Shown here: positions 1-8,744 of the stretch, one piece after another
Numbering within the stretch: position 1 is the stretch's first letter
Layout: each line of letters begins with the position of its first letter
IMG/VR virus record: IMGVR_UViG_3300020440_000003
Location: 1 to 32,578 of that record
DNA from: a virus
Taxonomy: Duplodnaviria; Caudoviricetes
Direction: 5' to 3' (one strand)
Length of the DNA stretch: 32,578 nucleotides
Notes under the pieces: generated by a model
What the model was told of the DNA's origin: nothing
Database searches by the model: none
What the model saw: the letters and a program-made list of their open reading frames with translations, nothing else
Translations under genes and position numbers: made by a program

Positions 1-77
1 GAAGGCTCTGCACCACTAGCGAAACATTGTTGTTGAACATCTTTAACCATAGCTTCGGTTAAATCTCTTCTAGTTCC
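1..77. repeat. 77-bp exact terminal overlap with 32502-32578 (circular contig, assembly k-mer overlap)
   Basis: gaaggctctg...ctagttcc is identical at both ends; the capsid reading frame continues across the join. Confidence 0.97.
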
Positions 78-596
78 ATTTGTTCTAGCAGCTGAATCAG
101 AACCATTTGCTCCATCAGACGCTTTATTGACGTTTGATGAATAAAAGGTTTCTAAAGACCTTGTTTGTCTTGCTGTTGAAGCGTTACCTGCATTTTTAGC
201 AATATTCTGAACAAGAGCTTCTTCCATATCTCTTTTAAGAGCTTTAGCCATGATAGCTAATTGGTGAGCCATTTCAGAATTTTTGCCAGCTGCATCTGAT
301 GCTTCTTGCGATCCTGTTACTGTTGCATCTCTTGAAGAGATCATACATACATTACTTATCCTTGATGTAGCTGTTGAAGATGATCTTGATAATTCAAAAC
401 CTTCTAACTCTCCTGTTGAGGACGGAGTTGGTAATACTTCAGTTTGCCAATCAAAGACAACATTATTTACGTTTCTTTTTCCAACACTTGACAGAAACGG
501 TGTTTGCATAGGAGAGATGTTATAGATTAAATCTGATAAATCTTCCTTATCAGCCGTTGCTGTATAAGTGTCAAATGCGTTAGTCACTTTTGCCAT
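1..596 (-). CDS. Major capsid protein, N-terminal part (gene spans the origin: 596->1, then 32501->32147; 316 aa)
   Basis: Read by hand: MAKVTNAFDTYTATADKEDLSDLIYNISPMQTPF...FDWQTE. AGGAG RBS upstream; follows the scaffold gene; resembles DUF5309/SU10-type capsid proteins. Missing from the ORF track because of the break. Confidence 0.9.
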   Translation of the reverse strand, partial: MAKVTNAFDTYTATADKEDLSDLIYNISPMQTPFLSSVGKRNVNNVVFDWQTEVLPTPSSTGELEGFELSRSSSTATSRISNVCMISSRDATVTGSQEASDAAGKNSEMAHQLAIMAKALKRDMEEALVQNIAKNAGNASTARQTRSLETFYSSNVNKASDGANGSDSAARTNGTRRDLTEAMVKDVQQQCFASGAEP

Positions 597-623
597 TTTA
601 TTTTTCTCCTTAGGCTTATGCCT

Positions 624-1631
624 TTATTTTTTATTTAATAGCTGTTCAAAAACTTTTGCTGCGTCTTTGGTTTTACCCGTCTTACGCAACTTTTGTCGTA
701 GTTTTTTTTCTGGAGCAACTGATACTTTTCTAGTTGATGAACCTGGCTTACCAGCACGAATTGATGCTTTTTCTGTAGGCTTTCTCTTTGTTGCCTCTGC
801 TGTTTGACTTTGTAGCCATGCAGATCGCAAACCAAGTAAAGCTCTATAATCATACACCTGATCCATTTCTTCAGATGAATAACCTAAAACATTAATCGCA
901 TATTCTCTGATTGCAGTTTTTTCTTTACTTGCAATCTTTTCGTCAGACCATTCAGGTATAAGTTCCAAAAGTTTTTGTTGTCCTTGTTGGACCATTTGCA
1001 TAATCTGTTCTTGCTTTTTTGCTAAAGATTCTTTTTGAATCCTTTGCTGTTCAGCTTGTACAGCTTGCAACCTTTCTTTCTTTTGATCCCATAACTGTTT
1101 TTCTCTAACGTATGCGATTGGATCATCTTCGCTTAACTGTTGCCAATCAGGTTCATTCTGCAAATCGCCTTTTAGTTGCGCTTCCATTTTAGGAAGTAAC
1201 TCAGAATAAACTGCGTCTTTTTGAGAAATCTCAGATTGCTGTTGCTCAATAGATTTTTTCTGTTGAGAAAGTTCTTGAGTTTTTCTCGTATAATCTTGTT
1301 GTCTTGAATAACCTCTTTGAAGTTCCTCAAGCGTGACCTCTTGTTCTATGCCATCAATTTTGACTTTATAAAATTGAGGTTGCTTTTCTTCTTCAACTTG
1401 TTCTTCAAGCTCTTCTTCTTGAGGACTTTCATCCTCTTCTTCAGAAACTTCATCCTCTTCTTGAGGATCTTGTTCTTCTTCTATTTCTTCAACTTCCTCT
1501 TCAACAATCTCTTCTTGGTTTTCTATTTGCTCTTCCTGAGTTTCCTCTTTCGGAGATAGATAACTTTCAAAAGACTTCACGTTTTTTTGGAAGTCGGTTT
1601 GTAATGCAGTCGGTTTTTCCGTTGTTGCCAT
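624..1631 (-). CDS. Capsid scaffolding protein
   Basis: Acidic N-terminus, YKVKIDG..EVTLEEL..GY.RQ.DYTRKTQEL motif, coiled coil; directly upstream of the capsid gene; AAGGAG RBS. Confidence 0.88.
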   Translation of the reverse strand: MATTEKPTALQTDFQKNVKSFESYLSPKEETQEEQIENQEEIVEEEVEEIEEEQDPQEEDEVSEEEDESPQEEELEEQVEEEKQPQFYKVKIDGIEQEVTLEELQRGYSRQQDYTRKTQELSQQKKSIEQQQSEISQKDAVYSELLPKMEAQLKGDLQNEPDWQQLSEDDPIAYVREKQLWDQKKERLQAVQAEQQRIQKESLAKKQEQIMQMVQQGQQKLLELIPEWSDEKIASKEKTAIREYAINVLGYSSEEMDQVYDYRALLGLRSAWLQSQTAEATKRKPTEKASIRAGKPGSSTRKVSVAPEKKLRQKLRKTGKTKDAAKVFEQLLNKK

Positions 1632-1658
1632 TTAAAACTCCTTAAATAGTTTTAACTA

Positions 1659-1688
1659 ATTTTACAATATAAATGGTATTTATGTGAA
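1659..1688 (-). promoter_or_regulatory. Possible sigma70-type promoter for scaffold/capsid
   Basis: TTCACA-18 nt-TAAAAT in the intergenic gap upstream of the scaffold RBS; the AT-rich context weakens it. Confidence 0.35.
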
Positions 1689-1689
1689 G

Positions 1690-1953
1690 TTATTTGACTT
1701 TTTTTAGTTTTTCGGCTTGAAATTTAGATATTTTTCCTTTTTCAACAATAATTCTTAAATGCTTTTCTATTTGTGGTAACAACAATATAGCTTTGTGTAT
1801 ATCTTCTCTTAAAGAAACAGCATCAACATCAATATTATTTAACCAATGTTGTATGTATTCTTCTTTTAAATTTTGTAAGGCTTTTTTAAAAACTTCACTT
1901 TCTAAAATTTGTTCGGCTTGTTGGCCATCAAGAATTTTTTGTTGTTCAGACAT
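1690..1953 (-). CDS. Hypothetical head-module protein (87 aa, helical)
   Basis: In operon, overlaps the upstream gene; typical small gene upstream of the scaffold. Confidence 0.7.
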   Translation of the reverse strand: MSEQQKILDGQQAEQILESEVFKKALQNLKEEYIQHWLNNIDVDAVSLREDIHKAILLLPQIEKHLRIIVEKGKISKFQAEKLKKVK

Positions 1954-2473
1954 TAGAATAGTAATTCAACTGTTCTGGTGTAAGTTGTCTTATTTCACCA
2001 GAAGGCAGCCTATAAAACCCACCAAAATCTTTAGCTATTGATATCTTGTCACCAAAATCAAGATCATCATAAGTATCACCCTGAGGAACTGGAAAGAAAA
2101 GAACATCTACTCCTGTATCTTCGGGTGCTGGTGCTGGTGCTGGAGCTGGGGTTGGAGGCGGTGCAACTACTGGATCTGGTGGTGGTGGCGGTGGTGGTGT
2201 TATTGATGGTGTTCCTGGTAGTAATGAAAAATTAATATCAAAAACACTTCTACCCATAGGCTGTGCTGTTGAAAACTCCATTCCTGGTTGAACTATTTGA
2301 TCGAATGGCATACCGCCTGAAATTGCTGTTGCATATTCTAAGGCCTTTGATCCAATGATAGGACCTCCAGCAAACAATCCATCTGCTGCGGAAAGCATTT
2401 GGTCTGCTTTATATTGAGAAAAAAGACCACCTTGGCCATATAAATCTTCGTATGCTCTTTGTGTAGGATTCAT
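1946..2473 (-). CDS. Hypothetical protein with Pro/Ala-rich linker
   Basis: 175 aa ORF coupled by TAATG to the upstream gene; contains PPPPPPPDPVVAPPPTPAPAPAPAP. Confidence 0.7.
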   Translation of the reverse strand: MNPTQRAYEDLYGQGGLFSQYKADQMLSAADGLFAGGPIIGSKALEYATAISGGMPFDQIVQPGMEFSTAQPMGRSVFDINFSLLPGTPSITPPPPPPPDPVVAPPPTPAPAPAPAPEDTGVDVLFFPVPQGDTYDDLDFGDKISIAKDFGGFYRLPSGEIRQLTPEQLNYYSNV

Positions 2474-2724
2474 TATTTAACTAAAAATTTATCTAATTTT
2501 TCCTCTAGTTTATCAAATCTATCCAATATTTGTGAAATATCATCTTTAACATCACCTTTTGTTGCGTATTTGCTTGGTATTTCTTCTCTTGTTTTATTAA
2601 TCAATATATCAACCCTTTTAATTTCTGAAGAATTTTGTCTAATGCCATACATCAATGGTGCTAAAACTAATGTTATAAAAATGTTCCAAATAATGTAAGG
2701 ACTAAAATCCATTAATAACTCCAA
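2473..2724 (-). CDS. Lysis-associated membrane protein (N-terminal TM + coiled coil)
   Basis: Hydrophobic IIWNIFITLVLAPLMYGI followed by a heptad-like C-terminus; adjacent to the endolysin. Confidence 0.6.
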   Translation of the reverse strand: MELLMDFSPYIIWNIFITLVLAPLMYGIRQNSSEIKRVDILINKTREEIPSKYATKGDVKDDISQILDRFDKLEEKLDKFLVK

Positions 2725-3083
2725 ATATATGGTCTGATTTTATCATATTTTTCCCCATGCATATCCAAATGTATAAATCTATCCTTGCCCTTTTGACTAA
2801 CACCTATACCAGTAAAACCAAAAGAAGGAGCTAAAGCTACCAATTCATAAGCTTGCATACCACTTACCAAAATATCAACTGCCAAACCTTTTGTGTGCAT
2901 ACCTGGATTTTTTTTATTAATTTCTACAGGATGGCTTTCACATCTGTAACCAGAAGTTATGATAAATGGAAAATCACATTCAGTTCTTAGTTCTTGTAAT
3001 TTATCAACAAAATTATTATCAATAAAATTATAGCCACAATGCTTACAAGCAAATTCTTCTAATTTAAAATTTTCCCAACTCAT
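2712..3083 (-). CDS. Endolysin, peptidase M15 family
   Basis: F..EEFACKHCG, ITSGYRC, H..G.AVD and FIHLD motifs. Confidence 0.9.
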   Translation of the reverse strand: MSWENFKLEEFACKHCGYNFIDNNFVDKLQELRTECDFPFIITSGYRCESHPVEINKKNPGMHTKGLAVDILVSGMQAYELVALAPSFGFTGIGVSQKGKDRFIHLDMHGEKYDKIRPYIWSY

Positions 3084-3472
3084 TTTGTTAAATCGTTTTT
3101 CTTTTCGTAAGTTCTTAAACCACCAAGCCCCAACATGCCGAGCAAGATAGTCATTAATGAACTCATATCAAACTCTGGAAGATCGTATGAAAGCCCTGCG
3201 ACAGATAACGAGAATACCGCAATGGGCGAGATAATAAAATGGTAGCCGAGTGCAAGCGCACAAATCCAGCCCACACAAGGTCGCCAAGACGCAACAAACC
3301 AATGACGGGATTGTGCTTCCATCTTATTGACTTCAATTTGAGCAAGATTCGCTCTATGTAATTCTGTTTTAAGTTCATGTTGAAGTTTTGCTTTTAAATC
3401 TTTATCAACAACAAACTTATCAAGAATGTTAGTGATTGGACCACTAACAAGATCTATAAGTTTGTTGGACAT
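3080..3472 (-). CDS. Holin, 3-TM (GTA-release holin-like)
   Basis: QIEVNK.EA...FVA.WRP.VGW and LLGMLGLGGLRTYEK signature; next to the endolysin. Confidence 0.85.
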   Translation of the reverse strand: MSNKLIDLVSGPITNILDKFVVDKDLKAKLQHELKTELHRANLAQIEVNKMEAQSRHWFVASWRPCVGWICALALGYHFIISPIAVFSLSVAGLSYDLPEFDMSSLMTILLGMLGLGGLRTYEKKNDLTK

Positions 3473-3473
3473 T

Positions 3474-3626
3474 TTATTTTTTATGGACTTTTACTACATC
3501 AAAAGAAATAGAAGTCTTTGCACCCTTATGAGGTTTGTAACCGCCTTCAGGATTTTTCATAAGTTTTATATTTTTGCCATCAACCATAAAATGATAGCCC
3601 TTTGGTGCTTTTACAGATTTTTTCAT
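3474..3626 (-). CDS. Small basic protein (50 aa)
   Basis: Read by hand: MKKSVKAPKGYHFMVDGKNIKLMKNPEGGYKPHKGAKTSISFDVVKVHKK; ATGA overlap with the upstream ORF. Confidence 0.75.
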   Translation of the reverse strand: MKKSVKAPKGYHFMVDGKNIKLMKNPEGGYKPHKGAKTSISFDVVKVHKK

Positions 3627-3736
3627 TTCTTTTTCTTTTTACGCAATGCTTTTAAATCAGCAGCAGTAATTTTTTTTCTTGGTTTAGCAACTGCTGCCAA
3701 CTTCTTTTGTTTTGGTGAATATTTGCTAAATGGCAT
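3623..3736 (-). CDS. Small basic peptide (37 aa)
   Basis: MPFSKYSPKQKKLAAVAKPRKKITAADLKALRKKKKK; TAATG and ATGA coupling on both sides. Confidence 0.75.
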   Translation of the reverse strand: MPFSKYSPKQKKLAAVAKPRKKITAADLKALRKKKKK

Positions 3737-3903
3737 TATTTAAAAATTTTAAAATTTAATGCTAATTTATTAACAAAATCTAAAAACTTACCAATCCATT
3801 GATCGTCTTTTGGACTTGGTGTTGCTGCTGCTACTATTGAGGCAACAGATATTATTATGCTTATTGTTACGAATAAATCGTATAGCCAATCAAATATAAA
3901 CAT
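3736..3903 (-). CDS. Small membrane protein (55 aa, TM + TPSPKDD motif)
   Basis: MFIFDWLYDLFVTISIIISVASIVAAATPSPKDDQWIGKFLDFVNKLALNFKIFK; AGGAG RBS; TAATG coupling. Confidence 0.75.
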   Translation of the reverse strand: MFIFDWLYDLFVTISIIISVASIVAAATPSPKDDQWIGKFLDFVNKLALNFKIFK

Positions 3904-3959
3904 TATTTGCTCCTTTTCTTTTTACCTTTTTTCTTTTTAGGTTTTCCGTAATTATACAT
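3903..3959 (-). CDS. Lysine-rich micropeptide (18 aa)
   Basis: MYNYGKPKKKKGKKKRSK; AGGAG RBS; exactly fills the gap with TAATG overlaps at both ends. Confidence 0.6.
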   Translation of the reverse strand: MYNYGKPKKKKGKKKRSK

Positions 3960-4192
3960 TATGTACTCCTTTTCTTTTTGGGTCTTAGTAAGTCTGCATC
4001 TGCTTTTCTTGCTCCACCTTTGCCTGTAGCAAAAGATCTAACTCGTCCTGCAGCCCATTGATGCGCTGACACCTTTGGCCTAGAACCTGATGAATAATAA
4101 GCCCCAAGACCACGTTTATAAACTTTTTCTAAAGTTCCTTTGGATATACCGCTAGACTTAGAATATTTATCTATAACAGCTTTTTTACTCAC
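3959..4192 (-). CDS. Small basic protein (77 aa)
   Basis: L.KVY.RG.GAY...GSRP.....QWA.GRV.SF motif, which I recall from marine virus proteins; GTG start overlaps the upstream TGA. Confidence 0.75.
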   Translation of the reverse strand: MSKKAVIDKYSKSSGISKGTLEKVYKRGLGAYYSSGSRPKVSAHQWAAGRVRSFATGKGGARKADADLLRPKKKRST

Positions 4193-4374
4193 CCCTTACT
4201 CCTTAACTTAGATATTCTGTTCATCATAGCTGGAGTAAGTTTTCCTGCTTTATATAGTTTAGCAGTTTTTAATATTTCTTGTTCTCTAGCACGAGGATTT
4301 TTTGCACCTTTTACATATTTTTTAGGTACACCCTTTTTGGTTTTAGCTACTCTTTTGAATTTTCTTTTTATCAT
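4189..4374 (-). CDS. Small basic protein (61 aa)
   Basis: K/R-rich with GVPKKY motif; coupled to the downstream ORF. Confidence 0.7.
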   Translation of the reverse strand: MIKRKFKRVAKTKKGVPKKYVKGAKNPRAREQEILKTAKLYKAGKLTPAMMNRISKLRSKG

Positions 4375-4438
4375 CGTTTTTATCTTTTCTAATAACTTCG
4401 CCTTCAGCTTGAATTTTTATTTTTACTTTATCTACCAT
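4343..4438 (-). CDS. Small charged peptide (31 aa)
   Basis: MVDKVKIKIQAEGEVIRKDKNDDKKKIQKSS; bridges the gap between two basic ORFs. Confidence 0.45.
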   Translation of the reverse strand: MVDKVKIKIQAEGEVIRKDKNDDKKKIQKSS

Positions 4439-4683
4439 TTGCTACAACTCCAATATCTAGCTGTTAATTTATCAGGTGGGTTAGTATCACATTTATGTCT
4501 AGCACGAAATGATTTACGTCTGGCTGGTATATTTTTTTTAATCTTCATATCAGGATCACCAAAACGAATTAACTTTACCTTATCTCCTTTCTTGGCAAGC
4601 ACAGCAAATTTTTTAGATTTGTTAGGTGTTCTTTTAGGTTTGTTATAACCACTAAATCTTTCACCTCTGTATGTAATAGCCAT
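4432..4683 (-). CDS. Small basic protein (83 aa)
   Basis: RFGDP.M.IKK..PARRKSFRARHKC......ARYWSC..W motif typical of a widespread marine phage family. Confidence 0.8.
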   Translation of the reverse strand: MAITYRGERFSGYNKPKRTPNKSKKFAVLAKKGDKVKLIRFGDPDMKIKKNIPARRKSFRARHKCDTNPPDKLTARYWSCSKW

Positions 4684-4859
4684 TAATGTATTATCCTTCT
4701 TTCAACTTTTACTATTTTTGAATATTCATCTACCAAACCACCAAACATAACAATAGCCATATCTATAGCTTGGTCTTCATCTTCAGCACAAATATCATTA
4801 GCTATGTATAACTTATCACCCTCTTCTATTTCAATATCAAATATTTTGTGTTGGTACAT
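4683..4859 (-). CDS. Small acidic hypothetical protein (58 aa)
   Basis: MYQHKIFDIEIEEGDKLYIANDICAEDEDQAIDMAIVMFGGLVDEYSKIVKVERRIIH; overlaps the portal end, TAATG to the next gene. Confidence 0.6.
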   Translation of the reverse strand: MYQHKIFDIEIEEGDKLYIANDICAEDEDQAIDMAIVMFGGLVDEYSKIVKVERRIIH

Positions 4860-6972
4860 TTCTAAATAATCCTTGTGCTTGTGATTTTTGAGCCTGTCTA
4901 ATTAATTCTCTATCTCTTTCCATAATCGCATTTATCTCAGCGATATTTACTTGTGTACCATACTTAGCTTGAAGTTCTGCTGCTTTAAGTCTAAATTGAG
5001 CTTCTTCAATATCTCTCTGCCTATCATCATCCATAATAATTTTCATACGATCTGTTTCAGCATCAATGATTGCTTTTTGTGCCTGTACTTGTGCTTTTTG
5101 TGCTTCTGCTTGTGCAAGCAGAGCTGCTGGATCAGGTTGTTGTGGTTCTTGTGGCACGGGTGGTTGTGGCGGTATTTGAGTGTTTACAAAACTATTAACA
5201 TCTTTAAAGCCTGCCATTTCAACTAATTTAGATAAGGTGTTAGCGTATTGTTGTAAATTTACCAAAGGATTATTAGGTCCTAATGTTTGCAATATTTGTT
5301 CTTGCTTGCCCGCTAGTTGTGATAAAAAGCCCAACTTTTCTTCATCTGATGATTTTGATAAAGCAACATTTACAACTATATCTTTGTTGTTATCCCAATA
5401 TCTTGGATCAACAGGTATAAATTTATTATTCAATCTGAAAACATCTTGAGCATCTTGATGTTTGATAACTAAATTATTTACTAAGCTAAATAATTTTTTC
5501 AAACCACCCTCTGCGAAGTGTCTGCAAATCAATTCTATTCTGCCCTGTGCTGCGGACATGGTGGCTGTAACTGCTGCTTTGGTTGATGATTGTAAAGCAT
5601 CTGCATTTAAACCTGCTGAAGCTTTTGAAACACCTGTTCTGTTTTCTTTGGCATCATCCAAATAACTTAAAACAGGAAAAGCTGCTTGACCAACAAAAGG
5701 TACGCTAAAAGGTTGTACCATGCCTGGCGCTCTCATTCTAATTGGCTGACCAATATCAGTATTTAAAACATCATCAATATTAACTTGCCCTTCAACAATA
5801 CCCATTCTTGGAAAAATAGAATGACCTAAAGAATCAAGGGTATCTCTAACTATTTGCGACTTTGCAGCCTGTATTGGTTTGAGATAATCTGCTGGACAAG
5901 AACCAATGGCTGTATGTGGTTCTGGATCAGGGCAAAACATAACTATAGGCAATTCATCACATGGCTCAACATTGATAATGTGTAAAGCACCACCTATCGA
6001 GCAAACCTTTAGCAATTCATCTATACCATCATCATCTAGGTCGTAATGTACAAAGTGTTCAACATATAAAACATTTTTAGATTCACCAGCATCAGGGTAA
6101 GTCATGTTGTCATTTGGATTTCTGGCTTGCTGTTCTTCAAAAGCATGAGGATCTAAAAGATAACCACCCTCACCAGAGTATCTATCAATCTCTTCTCTGC
6201 TGTAACCCATAGCCACTAACTCTGAAACTGTTTTTATCATTCTGTGAGCTACATAAGAAGAATCATTGATAGAACGTGCATGGCGAGCAATCAAGATTTC
6301 TTCTGGTGGTACAGATTCTAAAATTACTTGATTTTTTGCTTTTACACGTCTTATCTTGACATCATATTTAACAGGTATTTCTTGTGTTACTTCTTCACCA
6401 GATACAGGATCAAGTGTGGTGATAGATTCTGTAGTTGCTGTTTCTTCTAAAATCTCAACATCTTTATCTAAAGCTAAAGCCTGATATTGTGGTGGTAAAA
6501 TATTGGTATATTCATGTGTTGAAGTTGAAAGACTATCATCCCAATAGGCTTTCACATATCCTGTCTTTCTAACAAGGGCATCTTTAAAAGCATCATATAA
6601 AATTTGAAAGCCATTGTTTTTTTCTTGGACAATATAATTAATGTAATCGGTTTGTTGCTCTGCTATTGGTATATCTTCTTGGCTTTTTGGCACAAACTCG
6701 ACAACCTTTTTTGTGCCAAAAAAAGTACGCATGATTTGTGGCAACATGAATAAAACAGTATCTCTGACATCTGTGGATATGTAATAAGACTGTAAAGAGC
6801 TGTGTGGCTCTGGTTCGTTACCTAAGTAGTAGTCTGTTGATTCTGCTCTTTCTTGGCCAACCACATTTGCATAATCTTCAGCATCATCCATTTCACCCTT
6901 GAGATAGCCTTTAAGATCATCAAAATTTTGTTCTTCGATTATTACTTCAACTTTTTCTTCTTCTTTTGCCAT
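4837..6972 (-). CDS. Portal protein (P22/SU10-like, long C-terminal coiled-coil barrel)
   Basis: 711 aa directly after terL; YY.G, DV.DTV..MLP, FKDAL..KTG..K.YWD; Q/A-rich helical C-terminus. Confidence 0.92.
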   Translation of the reverse strand: MAKEEEKVEVIIEEQNFDDLKGYLKGEMDDAEDYANVVGQERAESTDYYLGNEPEPHSSLQSYYISTDVRDTVLFMLPQIMRTFFGTKKVVEFVPKSQEDIPIAEQQTDYINYIVQEKNNGFQILYDAFKDALVRKTGYVKAYWDDSLSTSTHEYTNILPPQYQALALDKDVEILEETATTESITTLDPVSGEEVTQEIPVKYDVKIRRVKAKNQVILESVPPEEILIARHARSINDSSYVAHRMIKTVSELVAMGYSREEIDRYSGEGGYLLDPHAFEEQQARNPNDNMTYPDAGESKNVLYVEHFVHYDLDDDGIDELLKVCSIGGALHIINVEPCDELPIVMFCPDPEPHTAIGSCPADYLKPIQAAKSQIVRDTLDSLGHSIFPRMGIVEGQVNIDDVLNTDIGQPIRMRAPGMVQPFSVPFVGQAAFPVLSYLDDAKENRTGVSKASAGLNADALQSSTKAAVTATMSAAQGRIELICRHFAEGGLKKLFSLVNNLVIKHQDAQDVFRLNNKFIPVDPRYWDNNKDIVVNVALSKSSDEEKLGFLSQLAGKQEQILQTLGPNNPLVNLQQYANTLSKLVEMAGFKDVNSFVNTQIPPQPPVPQEPQQPDPAALLAQAEAQKAQVQAQKAIIDAETDRMKIIMDDDRQRDIEEAQFRLKAAELQAKYGTQVNIAEINAIMERDRELIRQAQKSQAQGLFRNVPTQNI

Positions 6973-6975
6973 GTG

Positions 6976-8505
6976 TTATCCAACCCTTATTATTTTAGAT
7001 TTTAGAGGTTTTCTGAAATTATACCCTAAATAACTCACTGTGCCACCACTCGTTGCACTTGAGGCCATAGTTAAGGCTAAAGCATCTGCTCGGTCTGGTG
7101 ATTTAACACCACGCTTACGCATTTCCTCTTTACTTTCAATTTTTATTTTACCTGTTGAAGTATATTTATAACCAGGTGATGCTAATTCACGCACGAGTTC
7201 ATCATCTTCGGGCAAACGACAATCACGAGCTTGCAACCAATCTTTTATCTTAAACCAAAGTTCAGCACGAAGATTAAGATAATTCTTTTTGCTAGACGGA
7301 GATTCAGCCACATTTATGCCACGCACGGGCATATTAAGTTCACGCAGACGATCAACCACGCCTGAACCTATACCAATAACATCAACCAATATTTCTTGTG
7401 GTTTTTCTAAAACAGTTGCATCATCATAGCGATTTTTAACTACGCCACAAAGTTGCATCAGATCCATTGAGGCAAATGTTTCGACCTCAAAAACTGTATT
7501 ACCTTGACGAACACAAAGCGCAGAATTATCACCACCAAAACGAGCCACATCTAAACCCCAAACAATCGGCTCACTAGATGTTAAGTCAACATCACGACCA
7601 ACTGCACCTCTTATCAGCTCCATTGGTATAACAGCATCATCATCAGCACGGGGGAACTCACCCATAACTTCAACTCTTGCGACAGTTGAATCTTCGCCAT
7701 ACTGTTCGATCATGCGTGTGAATAAAGCGGTATCTGTGCCTTCGACTGTGCGTGAATCTATTTGTTCGGTTTGCCAAAAAGATCTGTTCCCGTGAAAGCA
7801 ATCATAAAAAGGTCCTGTGTTCCTACGTGGGTTGGAAAAACAAAACCAATATCTATCAGGCGTGGGTTCGGAGAAGAAACCTTCTGATACTGAGTAAATG
7901 GGTGCGGGAATACCTGATGCTTCATCCATGATTAAGCAGACACCATAACTAGAGTGAATACCTGCAAAAGCATCTGGATTTTCTTCAGACCATAACTGAG
8001 CTTGAGCGTAGTAATAGCCTGTGTCGATTTTTAAGTCACGCACGAGCGCTTCTTCAAACCATTGTGATGGTTTTATTGTAGTTGCTGTTTTACTAAACCA
8101 ATGTGAGTTGAGTGCAAGCGTGAGCCATTTACCAAGTTCAGCCCAAGTTCGTGAGCGTAACTGTTGTTCGGTGTTAGCTGTAACGATTATGGTTGAGCCA
8201 AGTCTGGTTGATAACATCCATAAGATTAGCCAAGACACTAAAGCTGATTTACCAATCCCACGACCAGAAGCAATAGCCATACGAAACATTTGTGGATCAA
8301 CACGACCTTGATTACGTTTTATATGTGTTGAAATTTTTTTCAAAATTTTTTCTTGCCACTTACGAGGTCCTTTAAAATCTTGTAGGGGGGTATCTTCTTG
8401 CCCCCAAGGGAAGATGTATTTAACAAACTTGTAAGGATCATTTTTTATTGTGGGTGTCCACACATCTAACATTAATTGTTTTTCTTGTTCTACTGGGTAT
8501 TTCAT
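6976..8505 (-). CDS. terL: Terminase large subunit
   Basis: Walker A SGRGIGKS, Walker B IMDEAS, SNP coupling motif, RNase H-like GLDVARFGGD...SPDRADAL. Confidence 0.96.
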   Translation of the reverse strand: MKYPVEQEKQLMLDVWTPTIKNDPYKFVKYIFPWGQEDTPLQDFKGPRKWQEKILKKISTHIKRNQGRVDPQMFRMAIASGRGIGKSALVSWLILWMLSTRLGSTIIVTANTEQQLRSRTWAELGKWLTLALNSHWFSKTATTIKPSQWFEEALVRDLKIDTGYYYAQAQLWSEENPDAFAGIHSSYGVCLIMDEASGIPAPIYSVSEGFFSEPTPDRYWFCFSNPRRNTGPFYDCFHGNRSFWQTEQIDSRTVEGTDTALFTRMIEQYGEDSTVARVEVMGEFPRADDDAVIPMELIRGAVGRDVDLTSSEPIVWGLDVARFGGDNSALCVRQGNTVFEVETFASMDLMQLCGVVKNRYDDATVLEKPQEILVDVIGIGSGVVDRLRELNMPVRGINVAESPSSKKNYLNLRAELWFKIKDWLQARDCRLPEDDELVRELASPGYKYTSTGKIKIESKEEMRKRGVKSPDRADALALTMASSATSGGTVSYLGYNFRKPLKSKIIRVG

Positions 8506-8714
8506 TTTTTATTTTTGAAATATAGGCGGGTGTAATATCTTCTTATGATAGCTGCGAATGTTAATACCATAAGTTGAATTACAGTTATGGTTAATGCGTC
8601 TTGTGTGAATACCAAAGTAATAGCTATGCAAGCCCATGATAGTGGAAAGTTGAAAGCTGCCCCTAGTATTGTGTCTGTTACTGATTCTTCTAATGCCTTT
8701 TTGTCAATTTTCAT
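8502..8714 (-). CDS. Small 2-TM membrane protein
   Basis: ES..D..LG...NF...IRRY..R.YF pattern; ATGA overlap with the terL start. Confidence 0.7.
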   Translation of the reverse strand: MKIDKKALEESVTDTILGAAFNFPLSWACIAITLVFTQDALTITVIQLMVLTFAAIIRRYYTRLYFKNKK

Positions 8715-8744
8715 AAAAAAATTATTTCAAGTGTTTATATATAT

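Noticed and set aside
1-77. Terminal direct repeat as a biological DTR or att site
   Set aside because: It is exactly 77 bp, a common assembler k-mer size, and falls inside the capsid gene; it is a circularisation artefact.
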